A DNA stretch of 64,000 nucleotides from Blasia pusilla (lineage: Eukaryota): contig CM114271.1 of the NCBI GenBank assembly GCA_050084515.1, positions 19,158,001 through 19,222,000 of the forward strand, in the 5' to 3' direction. Both the position numbers and the translations under genes were made by a program. Below are positions 24,120 to 36,564 of this stretch, in pieces. The notes beneath the pieces are model-generated. The model made no database searches and was not told where the DNA came from. It worked only from the letters and a program-made list of their open reading frames with translations. Each line of letters begins with the position of its first letter. The stretch's first letter is position 1.

Positions 24120-25000
24120 TGTCGTATAGTAAAATCATCCACTATGTAAACTCCTCTCTCATTAACTGTTAGAAAGAGTTTTATTAGTATTAAGTAAATT
24201 AGCTTAGGAAAATGAAATTTCCATGTTTAAACCTCTTTAGGGTGGCTCATTTATGCGAGCCCAACTTTAGGAAAAGAGGTAATAAGTATTGAAGATTGAG
24301 TTACAGTCAAACTCATGAAACACATGAACTCCTACATTTGGTACTCACACAAAGTAGGGAAGCTTAATCTTGGTTAGTCATTTAAGCGCGATTATCTTAA
24401 CTAGGATTAGTTAATCAGAGTTAGTCTAACTCGAGACGATGGTTAAGGTAAGGGTTAGGGTTGCTTGTACATACCCTATATAATTGAGAAGGGGGGCTGT
24501 CTCCACTAATTCTTTCATTACAAATTTTGATCTTCATGGTGGTGTGTGAGTGTGAGAGTTGTTTCCCACTAGTTATGCTTTTTTAGTAATTTTCCACATT
24601 GTATCAGAGCAATAGGAGAACATCATTTAAAATTCTTAGTGTTTGAGGAGAGAAGAGAGGCAAGAGAAGGCAAAATTTCAGTCTGGGAGAAGGAAATTTT
24701 GTTCAGAGCTCAATGGGTGCAGATTTCAGGTGGAGCTTTGACGGTGATAAAACTTTGGAGGCATTTTTTAGGGCTTTTCAGGTCAATTTAGCCATCGGGG
24801 TCCGCAGTGGCTAGAATGATGCTAGAGGATGCTTCTAGAAGTCTTGTAGAGCTGGTGGAGAGCTTTCCAACGCATCTAAAATCGCTTGATTTTGACATTC
24901 TGAGCTCATGCAATAGCAATTTTAGTGTAGGAAAGTGCAATTAGGAGGTCTAGTATTCTAGCAAGGAGAGGAAGAGAGGAGAGTCTCTCTAAAAAAAAAA

Positions 25001-27385
25001 GGGCCAAATCCTTAAACTCTCTTCAATTTTTGAGGTTTTATCCCTACTTAAAATGAAATGAATTTTTCAAAAAGAGTAAGAAGTGCACCATAGTGGGCTC
25101 TTTATCCAAGACTCCCACCCTCATCCCCAACACTTCGTGAGAATCTAACAACCAGTCATAATAGACTTGTGATTCTAACGGGACTACAATGAAGGAAACG
25201 AGGCTGGGAGTTGCAAAGAATGAATTGAAAATTATGGTAATAAATTATGAAAAATGACAATGTTAAGATTTCATTTTTGCAAGGGAATTACAGTATCTAA
25301 GCTTGCAACCTCTCAGAAAATCAGATACTCCAAAAGTATGCTTTGAAGAAAATGGGGGAGCAAGATCAAATGATATTAGCATTCTTCTCAGCTTGCATGC
25401 CAGCTTTCAAAGTTTTGGAACCTTCACATCCATTTGAAGAAGGATCTTGACAAATCCTTCTTCAAATGGATGTGAAGGTTCCAAAACTTTGAAAGATATG
25501 AGAAATCCATGGTGCAAATGAAAACAAAATCAGTAAAAGCGTTTAGGTTAGCGTTGCAGCCTGTTGAAATCCGACACCTTGCAAACACTCTCTTTTTTGT
25601 GTTTATCTTCCAACCCATCGGAATCCGACAGGTTTCAAGATAAAGAAAAAAAAGACAAAGTTGTTACCAGGGGTTTCCTCTGACAAGTTTGAACCTATGC
25701 AACCTCTCTGAATCGGACTTGTTGCCAGACATGGCATCAATCAAGAAGATGTTCCAAGAGTCACTTTAGAGTAGGCATGCATGGAAGAGTTGGGCTAGTA
25801 TTGTGGTAGATTTTAGGAGTGTAGAGGAGGACGTCAAAAGTGGAAGATGCAGAAGAGCCAAATGAAGAATAGAAAACCCAAAAAATGAAATGCTCATAAG
25901 GGAATCAACCTGAGTCATGCAACCTGTCAAGATCCGACAGGTAGTAGGAATCCAACAGGTCTCTGAAATAACGTGTTAGAGAAGAATGGTGTGACGATAA
26001 TGGGGGAACAAGGCGAAAGTGAAGAAGCCTGCCAGAATGCCTGAAAAGTTGGACTAACAGGAAAAGAGAGGGATCACTCAAGTAGCCCACCTGTCGGAAT
26101 CCGACAAGTTGCCTGAATGGGGTTTAAAGAAAGGTAGAAAGAGTCTCGGTAGTAACTTCGTCAACCTGGTCTACAAATATAACAAGACACAAGAATTTAT
26201 GCATACATTTGTACTCATCCAAGTTCCATTTTTGGCTTCCAACTTGTCGACGTGTGACAGGTTCACGGAAAAAAAATCACAGACCATTCAAATCAATGAG
26301 GAAAAAATTACAGACATGCCCAAGAGAAGAAAAAATTTCAACTCCACTCGCTACCTGTAGAAAAAAAACCCATCGGAAACGGACGGGTTGCAATAGCAGG
26401 CAATCATCAGTTTGCAATTTCTCGGAATTCCACATGTCGCAAACTTAGTTCTTGATTTGCAACCCGTCGATTTCCGACGGGTTGCAAACCTTGTCCAGGA
26501 ACTGCAACTAGTCGGAATCCGAGAAATTCCAAACTCGCTCATTGGTCCCTCATTTTTATGGTTGCAAACCACAGCCCCAATTTGCAACTAGATCGTAATC
26601 CAACAGTCCCTGGTTCCCTGGTTTGCAACCCGTCGAAATCTGAAAGGGTTGCAAAATAAACAGCATCGAGTAGATAGACCAACACAATCGACAAGAACGA
26701 AATATAATTCAGCAAAATTTTACAAAAACCATCATGGTTCAAAAACTTCTTGTCCTTTATTACATCCGAGGGAAGCTTGAAAATATATATTTGATCTAGT
26801 CTATGATTTCTTTAGCCTCGTCATCTACAAATTTATTCCTAACTCTCCTATGTTCTTGTACAAAAGGAATGTCTTGGGATACAAATGGCTCCTCTGGCTG
26901 ATTGTAGACGGGGATTGTAAATTTTGGGGAATTCGAGAGCCTTGGCCTCCCCTTAGGTACACCATAGCGGTTCCATGTAACATGATTTGAGTCCCAACGC
27001 CTTCCTCGACAGTGAATCTTGTATGCTCTGCAAGGTGACATCCATCCAGTATCAATATGTGTTCCATCCTTGGAAACCACTAAATCCCAACTCCAAAACG
27101 CTTTAGTCAAGTTGGGTCTGATAAATCTTTAAACTCACTTGTCATCTCCGAGAGCTCTTCCAGAATTAATGTCGACTTTGCCCTCCCGATTTTTGGAATA
27201 GTAGGAAATGACGATGGTGTCACTATGAATGGTGGTTCTGGAACTGGAGCAGTTGGCTTTGGAGGAGAGTTTTATACTCCCACTAGCCTCTCGTAATCCG
27301 CCTTTGCCTCTTTGCAAAGGTCAAAGAGTTCTGGCCTTCCCTAAAGGCAGAGAATGTTTGCAATTGTGCTCACAAGAGATGACAC
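25001..27385 (-). mobile_element. Probable Mutator (MULE)-like fragment replacing Copia gag
   Basis: No Copia gag is recognisable here. Starts gggccaaatcc after an A run; minus-strand SCEHNCKH (SWIM-like end) and PKGRPR; repeated palindromic motifs. Second TIR not found. Confidence 0.4.
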
Positions 27386-30300
27386 TCAACATCATATCAC
27401 GCATATCGGTAAGTTCCAATAGCATCAGATGGTCTTTGTGCTCTTGGAAATGTTCTCTATATTCCTACTATTGCAAGAAACTTAATCTCTATAGGACAGA
27501 TAGTAGAGCAGGGTTATCAAGTGAAGTTTAACACAGATGGTTGTCTCATTGAAACAATGGATGACCAAACTACGATAGCCAAAGGAACTAGATCTGGCAG
27601 AATGTTCAAATTAGATGTTTCTATGCCAAAGATTCAAGCAACAATGTATGGTCAAACCGGCCAACAAGTCACGGATCTAAATGTGTGGCATAAGAGAATT
27701 GGACATATGAATCTTCAAAGATTACAGAGTCTTTCATAATCTAATACAGTAATAGGACTTCCTAAATTAGCAAGTCCTGCTACATTAGAGATATGTCATG
27801 CTTTCCAATTTGGAAAACAAGCTAGATTTCCTTTTCCAAAACAAGGTAGAAGAGCATCCAAGATATTGAAGTTGATCCACAATGATGTATGGACAGCATC
27901 ACAACATAGCCTTAGTGGTTGCCAGTATTTGTTTCATTTATTAATGACTTCTCTTGGTATATATGGGTATACTTTCTGAAAGCCAAGTTAGAGGTATTCT
28001 CAGTGTTCCAAACATTCAAAGTTCTAGTAGAGAAGCAGACTGGAGAACACATTCCGAAATTACGTTATGATGGAGGAGGAGAGTATCTTTCAACAGATTT
28101 TCATGACTATTTACGTCAAAATGGCATCCAACGTCAAGTAACTTGCCGTTACACTCTAGAACAAAATCAAGTGGATGAGAGGAAGAATCGATATATTGCT
28201 GAAGTGGCACGAGCTATGCTGAATGAGAAGAACATGCCTAAGGTGTATTGGGTAGAGGTTGTAGCATGTGCAGTCTTCTTAATTAACCAAACTCCAACAA
28301 TAGGAGTTCATGATAAGACTCCATTCTAAGTCTTCACAGGAAGTAAACCTGATTTTTCCTTCCTAAAAGTATTTGGTTGTATTTGGTATGCTCATGTTTC
28401 TTCTGAAAGACGTCATAAATCAGACCCCAAATCTGAAAGATGTATATTCATTGGCTACGCTGATGGAACTAAGGATATAATTGCTACATTCCATCCCTCT
28501 AGGTAGCTTATTATTAGTCGCGATGTTGTCATTGATCAGCTAAAGTCATGGTATGCTCCATCTAAGCCGATTCCACCTCTAAACTTGTCTGTTGAGGGGA
28601 AGAATATGACTGTAAATCAACAGACATTACCTTCAAATTCCCCAAGTACTGGTGTAGGATTAGGGGAGGTCCTAAATTCATCAATTAAATCTATGAGTCC
28701 ATGGACAGGGAGAGTACGTATCTAGTCTGTTGACACTAGTCAGAGCTCGAGTCAGGTGCTAGAGGCATCTACCTATGAACAACAACTTCGTAGATCAAGT
28801 AGAATTACACATCCAGTCCATAGATTCATAAATGAAGGTTTGCTTACGATACATCATGCATATATGATGACTACCCCTTCAAGAACAAGAGTCGAGTTAT
28901 TTTGAAAAAGCTGCAAGTAAAGCCGAATGGATTGAAGCTATGGAGGAAGAGCTTGCTACATTAAGACATCAATAGACATAGGAGCTGGTTGATATACCTT
29001 TCGATAAGGAAGCTATTGGTTGCAAATGGGTTTACAAAATCAAGCGCAATCAAGATGGTACAATTAACAAATACAAAGCGATATTGGTGGCTAAGGGCTA
29101 TGCACAACAATATGGCATCGATTATGAGGAAACATTTAGCCCTGTTGTAAAGATGGCAACTACGAGAACAGTGGTTGCAATTGCAATAAGTAAGAAGAGG
29201 AGATTACATCACATGGACGTCAAGAATGCCTTCTTGAATGGAGATCTATATGATGAGGTATATATTATTCAACCACTTGGATACGAGCATCCCAAATTTC
29301 CATTTCGCGTATGCAGGTTGAAGCTCCAAGAGCTTGGTATGGCAAGATTACATACATCCTACAAGAGTTGGGTTTTAGGGTATGTGATTCTGACTCCTTG
29401 TTATATATCTTGAGAGGAAAAGATCATATGGTTCTCATTGTGTTGTATGTTGACAATCTCCTGATTATTGGGAGTATTGAAGAAATGGTATAACAAGTCA
29501 AGCTTAAGATTACAAGCAGAATTTGATATGAAGGACTTGGGAGAACTCAAGTACTTCCTTGGTATTGAGTTTATCAAGGTTGGAGAGAGCATGTGGTTAT
29601 TATAACGATAATATGCTCTTCATACGCTTTCAAAATATGGTATGACGGCTTGTAAGCCAATCTCTACACCGTTGGACTAGAGTGTGAAGCTAAGAGTGGA
29701 TGAATGAGAGTTGCTTGTAGATTCTGATATGTACATGCGTATGGTTGGAAGTTTGATCTATCTAACTATAACCAGGCCAAATTTAAGCAATGTTGTTGGC
29801 CTAGTGAGCCAATTTATGCACGTACCTTGAAAACCTCATCTTGATGTTGTGAGGAGGATTATGTGGTATGTAAAATTCTCTGTTCAATTCAGGCTTCAAT
29901 TTAAAGCTTCTCCAAGTTTTTAATTACAGGGATTCACAGATGCTGATTGGGCAAGAAGCGTTGTCGTGTCGAGAATCTTTCTTCGAGCAAGGGCGGGCCT
30001 TCTAGATGCGGTAGATGCGGTCGATGCAAGGTGAGCTCTCTAATAAGTTCTCCTTTTTCAATACAAAATTATGATGTACACTCTCCATTCTCTCACGATA
30101 GGTATCACAAATGGAATTGCCGACCTATTGACAAATGGAATTGCCGACCTTGTTGATCTTTGCTCTCCGATGTGAACTCCTACTTGTTGGCTCAACAATG
30201 TTGTCAAAGTTCGGAGAAGATCCTCAGCTCCTATTGATGACGTACTCCCAAAAGTAGTCATCTTGATAAGACTCCAACTTGCAAACACAAACTACCGCCT

Positions 30301-32040
30301 CAAAGAGCTCTCAGTTGAAGCACCATTTGTCGTGTCGAGAATCTTTCTTCGAGCAAGGGCGGGCCTTCTAGCTGCGGTAGATGCGGTCGATGCAAGGTGA
30401 ACTCTCTAATACGTTCTCCTTTTTCAATACAAAATTATGATGTACACTCTCCATTCTCTCACGACAGGTATCACAAATGGAATTGCCGAGGCGATCACTT
30501 CTTTGTAACATCGGACCCCGAAATTCCTAACTATAAAATCCCTATAAACTATTTTACGCTTGTACACGAGGAAGATAGCACAACTAGTGTTAAACCCTAC
30601 TTGATCAGGCCTATTGACATCCATGGATCGCTATATAAGGACATACAAAGTACAATCCCATGTCCTTCCATATGTGACGATAGGAAGAATCACCGGAGTT
30701 GGAGATTGCATGACCTGGTTCATGAACGCCTCCCCAAAGTGATAAACTAAATAATGAGTGAACCAATGCCTATCTACAAAGAGTACCTTGACATGGTAAG
30801 GATTGAGGAAAGGGAAGTTAGGCACAGCTCGTGCTCCACCCCTATCCATGCTTGACAGACATCCTCTACTCTCCTCAAGAATGGGTTTTGGCGGAGTTAT
30901 TCTCCCAAGAGGGGTAATCCACTCTCATTGGGAAAGTAACAAGCCAAAACATCCGCTATTTTAGTATGACTAAACTCTTCTACGGTGACAAACCTCTCAT
31001 CCCCACACACACACACACACACACCACACTCTAGAAACCTCTCAAAGAATAGACCATGGTCAAGTTACTCTCCCAAGAGGGATGATCCACTCTCATTGGA
31101 AGAGCAAGCAATCCCAAAGCCATACACTCAAGAGAGACACGAGAGACTCAAGATATGGAATAGAAGGTGATGAACCCTTGAAGGTCCCTTCTCTTTATAT
31201 ACTCACAAGGGTTCCACAAGAGTACGAAATAGAGCTTATCTTATCTTGTGCCACATGGCTTCCTCTCAAGGCTTAGCCAATCACATTTTGACATAAGTAG
31301 ATTTCCTCTTATCTCTTCCAAAATATCCTCTTTTACCCTCATGATATTTTCCAAATTACCCCAACTAACCTAGCCACCAACCAAGACTACTTTTTCTTTT
31401 CATTAAAGCAACGACTTTACTTTTATAAAGTCATCTTTTATTTATTACCTCCTTTTCCTAAAGTTGGGCCCGCATAAAAGAGGCACCATAAAGAGGTTTA
31501 AACATAAGAATCTCCTTTTTCTAAGCCAATTTACTTAATACTAATGAAACTCTATCTAACACTTAATGACGAAGGAGTTTACACACTGGTTGATTTTACT
31601 ATACGACAGCGTGTCTAATTGACACTCCACATCTAGTTATTCATTTATTTTGGGAAGCGCAGCTATAAGTTAGGCTTCAAAGAAGCAACCTACAGTTGCT
31701 TTATCTTCAACAAAGGCTGAGTACAGAGCAGCAACCAATGCAACATGTGAGGCGGTGTGGCTTCATCGATTACTTGTTGCGATTGGTGTTAGTAACTTAG
31801 GACCTAGTGTAATATATGCAAAAAATATTAGTAGCATCAAGCTTGCTAATAACCCTGTGTTCCATGCTCGTACAAAGCATGTTGAGGTGCACTATCATTT
31901 TATCAAAGAGAAAGTGCTTGCCGGAGAAATTGATCTTGTGTATATAGGTACAGATCAGCAAATTGCTGACATCTTTACAAAGGTATTGTCTAGAGATAAG
32001 TTTGAGATGTTTAGAAATGATTTAGGCGTTAGAAATATTG
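27385..32040 (+). pseudogene. Copia pol (end of PR, INT, RT, RH), interrupted at 29962-31608
   Basis: Domain order INT-RT-RH with many stops and frameshifts. DADWARSV|SN*HSTSSY rejoins across the family A insertion. Confidence 0.9.
29962..31608 (-). mobile_element. Family A element with near-total internal deletion (full 5' LTR, PBS, ~180 bp leader, ~165 bp of 3' LTR end)
   Basis: TSD GCGT (29958-29961 / 31609-31612). Full LTR 30328-31608; PBS-like tggtgcttcaactgagag at 30325-30308 on the minus strand; LTR end repeated at 29962-30124. Confidence 0.92.
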
Positions 32041-33477
32041 ATATAAGCTTGAGGGGGAGTATTGAAGATTGAGTTATAATCAAGCTCATAAAACATCTGA
32101 ACTGCCTATATTTGATACTCACATGAAGTAGGAAAGTTTAATCTTGGTTAGTCAGTTAAGCGCGATTATCTTAACTAGGGTTAGTTAATCATAATTAATC
32201 TAACTCGAGACGATGGTTAAGGTTAGGGTTAGGATTGCTTGTACGTATCCTATATAATTGAGAAGGGGACCAACCTCCACTCATTCTCTCATTGCAAATT
32301 TTGTTCTCCATGGTGGTATGTGAATGTGAGAGCCGTTTTCCACCAATTATGCTTCGTTAGCAATTTTCCATAATAAGTAAGACATGAGAGTACAAAAGTA
32401 AAGTAGTGGGGTTGGTGTATTAATAAAAAAACAAAACAAAAGTAGTCTTGGTTGGTGGATAGGGTAGTTGGGGTACTTTCGAGGATATGAAGTGAGTTGA
32501 TCAAGATATTTTGGAGATAACAGATCATCTATTTGTGTCAAAATGGGATTAGCTAAGCCATAAGAAGAAGTCATGTGGCACAAGATAAGATCTGTCTATT
32601 TTTTATTCTTGTGGATCCCTTGAGAGTATATAAAAAGGAGGGACCTTCAAGGGTTCACGACCTTCTACTTCATTTCTTGAGTCTTTTTTGTTACTCTTGA
32701 GTGGAAGGAATTGCTTTGCTTGCTTTTCCAATGAGAGTAGATTATCCCTCTTGGGAGAGTGACTTGGTTGAATTCTATTCTTCAAGAGTTTCAAGAGTCT
32801 GATATGAGATGATTATTTGGAGAGACTTATCGTCTTAGGTGAGGTTTCTCATAATAGGGATAATATATGATTTTGGCTTGTTATTTTCCAATGAGAGGGG
32901 ATTACCCTTCTTGGAAGAGCAACTCCACCAAAATCCATTCTTGAGGAGAGTTGATAATTTCCGTCAAGTATGGATAGGGATGGAGTATGAGTCGTACCCG
33001 ATTTTCCTTTCTTTAATCCGTACCACGTCAAGGTTCTTGTTGTAGATAGGCATTGGTTTACTTACTATCTAGTTTACAATAATGCCTCCCTAAATAAAAT
33101 TTGGAAGAGAACTTTTATTTGGGGAGGCATTCATGAACCAAGTCATGCAATCTCCAACTTTGATGATTCTTCCTATTGTTACGTACGGAAGGACATGGGA
33201 TTATAGGGTTTAACACTAATTGTGTTATTTTTGTTGTGTACAAGCGTAAAGTAGATTGCACGGATTTCATAGTTATGAATAGTTCGGGATTCGATATCAT
33301 GAAGAAATGATCACCTTGACACTACCATTTATGATTCCTATCGTAAGAGAATAGAGAGTGTATATAATAATGTACTGAAAAAGGAGAAATTCTCAGAGAG
33401 TTTACCTTGCATCAATCACATCTGCCGCAGCTAGAAGATCCATCCTTATTCGAAGAAAGCTCTCGACACGAGAATGT

Positions 33478-35432
33478 TTGTTTGAAGAGACGGACATTGT
33501 CAGAGACTGACGAGGATGCAATTGCACGGACTACTTGTAAGAACTGAGATATTCTTAAATTTTGAATATTCTAGTAGATGATAGCATCCTTTTTAATATA
33601 GTGTGGCTTGTGTTTGATTTAACACTTGGTGCATGGAACGTTTTGGTTGTGAATAGAGGAAGTGAATGTGAACAACAAGATGAAGTCTCCAGAGAAGAAG
33701 TGCAAGACGTGGAGACTTCATTCTGATGTATCATATGAAAAAGATAGTGAGACAAAATGTGGTACATCTAAAAGACAAACCAAGATAAAGTTTGAACATC
33801 CCAAGAACTTTCCTTAAATTCTGATTTATCAAGCACGACTAATCATAATTTTTGTAGATAGTCAATTAATTATGTAGGACTTTTGAAATTTTTATTTCAT
33901 CTACAATCGTGGGGATGGTCCTTCATGCAGGTAAACCAATGCTTTAATCATGAACAATGCTTTGAAGCTTTGAGAGACAAAATCTTGTTTTCTTATCTTA
34001 TATTCAATGGTCTTGTTGTTTGTGTGGTTTCTTTGTAGTTGTGCATTAGCGACCGTATCCTTCTCACAAAACCGAAGTTGAGTAGGATGATGCTTGACTC
34101 CGGCTTTATTTCTGGGATGGAGGCAAGGAAACATTCCATGCAAAGGATATACCCATGGGCATGGTGCAAGCTGATTTAGTAGATGTTACAGATCTTGAGC
34201 ATGACTTGTGCACACTGAATGTCGTGGAGGAACCACCACAATTTACTTTTGGAGATGCATTAGGGTCAAGCATTCTCTGGCCCGAAATGCATATGAAGAA
34301 GGTGCTGCATTAGATCTTTGGTTGTAGACATATGCTCGATTTCTAGACTTTGCAATTACTCATCCCAAGTTTATTTTACATTGTGGAATGAAATTTTGGA
34401 TCCAAGTTTTGTGTCTACTGTTACTGGATGAAGCAAGTTTAAATAGAAATTTTCCTTCTCAAGTATTGATTTATAAAGGAGAACTCTTTGGATTTCTACT
34501 CATGCACCATTCTGAGATAATAAGAATACATAACAAAACCACACTAAAACCATCATGAAATACATCTATTCTAAATGCACTGAAAAAATGACTTCATTAG
34601 TAGTTACACAATGACAAGTTGAATACTACACTATGACTATAGGAGTCATTAAAAATGACTCATTCATTAATGAATGACTACCCAATCATTATAAAATTAC
34701 TAGTTTAGTCATTCTTTCCCAAGAAAAAACTATTTTAGTCATTCAGAGTCATAATTTTGTTGTGACTCCTCCAGTAATAATAAGACAAATCCAGAATACT
34801 TTCCTACTCATAACACAACAACCCAATAAGTCATTCATAGTCATCAAATGAAACTCTCATAGTCATGGCTAGTCATTAAAAGCCAACTCAATCAGTCATG
34901 CATAGTCATAGTGCAAGAACTTCTTCGGTTATATGTAGTTATTCCTTCACCACCAGACTGGTCATTCTCAGTCACTCCCTGATAACATTAGTCATACATT
35001 ACTTACTAAACCATGCTTGTCTACAAGTCTTGACACATTATTGGATATTATAGGATCCTTTCAAATTACTCTACCAAATAAATGACTCGAGTAGTCGTCA
35101 ATAAACAATGCCTACTAAATTTTTCCTCATGTGTTGATATGGGAGTTGCTCACTTTGAAGTGTCATTCATCTTGCTGATGTATCTTGTCCACTTCATATG
35201 CTGACATGTCATTTGTACACGTCATGTTAGTGACATGGCAGGATTCATGGTGAACTGACTATATGTTTGACTCCTCCATGCCATTTGACTAAGCTAGTAA
35301 TCTCAGTCTTTGGCATATATGACTTGGCTTTTGTGTCTTTACGAATAACCAATCATTCCTAGTCATTGATTATAATATATGACTCAGTTCAGTCATATAT
35401 CCGAGTCATAAAACCAAGCTTTTCCTCTAATG
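33478..35432 (+). mobile_element. Probable CACTA (En/Spm) 3' remnant
   Basis: TnpA-like C-terminal peptide FTFGDALGSSILWP (~34240-34285), dense agtcat/atgact subterminal motifs at 34600-35410, and terminus ttttcctctaatg (degenerate TAGTG) abutting family B integrase sequence. Confidence 0.5.
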
Positions 35433-36564
35433 TATTGGAGGGACGTGATGGTATGATTTGGAAGGAAGATGTGCATAACTATGCGCCATATCACCTTCCT
35501 AACATTGACAGTATAGTTGATCGGAGCTAAGCACTAGTTCATGCAGGCTTACGCTGCATGTTGTGGTTCTGCCCGTGGTGTAGCCCCTATGCTAGTCTGT
35601 GTAATGGATGTTCGAGAGGATGGCATATGGCATGTCTGATGCCACCTCTCACTAGGGTTCTTCGGGAAGATGGATGTGCGGCTAGATGTACGTAGAGTAG
35701 GTAGTTATAGATTCCAACTTGTGTCTGTGATATCGATGACAGGAAGGCGACTAACGATGGAGCCACATAAGCACCCACCCTTTTTGCTCTTAGCGTCTTA
35801 CAAATGTATATCATGGTAGGAAGGGATAGATAGCTATGTGGAGTTAGAGGGACCTAACCACCAACTAGAAGGGCGATTGGAGATATTTTGGTGCTTCTTG
35901 TCTCGATATCAAGATTCCATGATTTAGCATGGGATCATACGTGTTTGTGTGTATTTTGATGACACCAATGTATATTGTGTAGCGATGTGTATGGGCACGA
36001 TAGTTGTCACGTTTGTTAAGATATATATTAGATCAACGAGATCTAGTAGAGCGCCTTCCGATATATTGGAAGAAAACCTCAAGAGATCAAGAATGACCTG
36101 TTGAGGCCACGGATAACCTGAGAGAGGAGGTTTCCCCTTCGTTTCAGCTCATTTGGAACATATATATATATATATATATATATATACTATTTTGGGTAAG
36201 TTTCTATATTGAGTGTAGTTGACTTTCCACTTTGGGAAGTTGCCCTTGATTGTAGCAGATCAAGAGCCAAGGAGGTGATCTGCGAGCATAGGTTATCAAG
36301 GAGAAAGATTGGGAGAGGAAACGGGTTATACCTCCAAGAGAGAGAGTTGGAGAGCTCTCTCTCTTGGAGTATACTACATCTCATACAGATGTAGTATGCA
36401 CCTTGTGAGAGATTGTGTGAGAGATCTATTTGATTTATTTGAGATATTTTGGTACATCACTTCTTAATGTTTGGACTCCATGAATTAGCATGAGATTGTG
36501 TATGTTTGTGTGTATGTTCGGTGACAACGATGAATTTTGTGTAGCAATGTGTATGCACACGACA
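35433..36564 (+). mobile_element. Gypsy family B copy 3, 3' end (integrase tail, PHD, B1-A2-B2 repeats)
   Basis: LEGRDGMIWK.., decayed PHD; B1 ~35867-36002, spacer gt, A2 36005-~36435, B2 ~36440-36564 ending cacacgaca. Confidence 0.88.

Larger units (their letters stand above)
24287..32372 (+). mobile_element. Ty1/Copia LTR retrotransposon (decayed, with nested insertions)
   Basis: LTRs 24287-24598 and 32060-32372, TSD ATAAG, Met-i-type PBS ttgtatcagagc 24599-24610, PPT gagggggag 32051-32059. GAG-pre-integrase WHKRIGH, integrase LRYDGGGEY, RT VAKGYAQQYGIDYEETFSPVVK / LYVDNLLI, RNase H DADWA..NPVFHARTKHVEVHYHFIKE. Confidence 0.95.
24120..33473 (+). repeat. Family A 3' LTR split by the Copia insertion (24120-24286 + 32378-33473)
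   Basis: Starts tgtcgtatagtaaaatc after the PPT and resumes after the Copia TSD. Ends ctcgacacgaga (degenerate cgacacgaca). Reverse-complement homolog of 30328-31608. Confidence 0.88.

Noticed and set aside
36160-36187. (TA)n tract in family B repeat A2
   Set aside because: Ordinary microsatellite expansion in a single copy.
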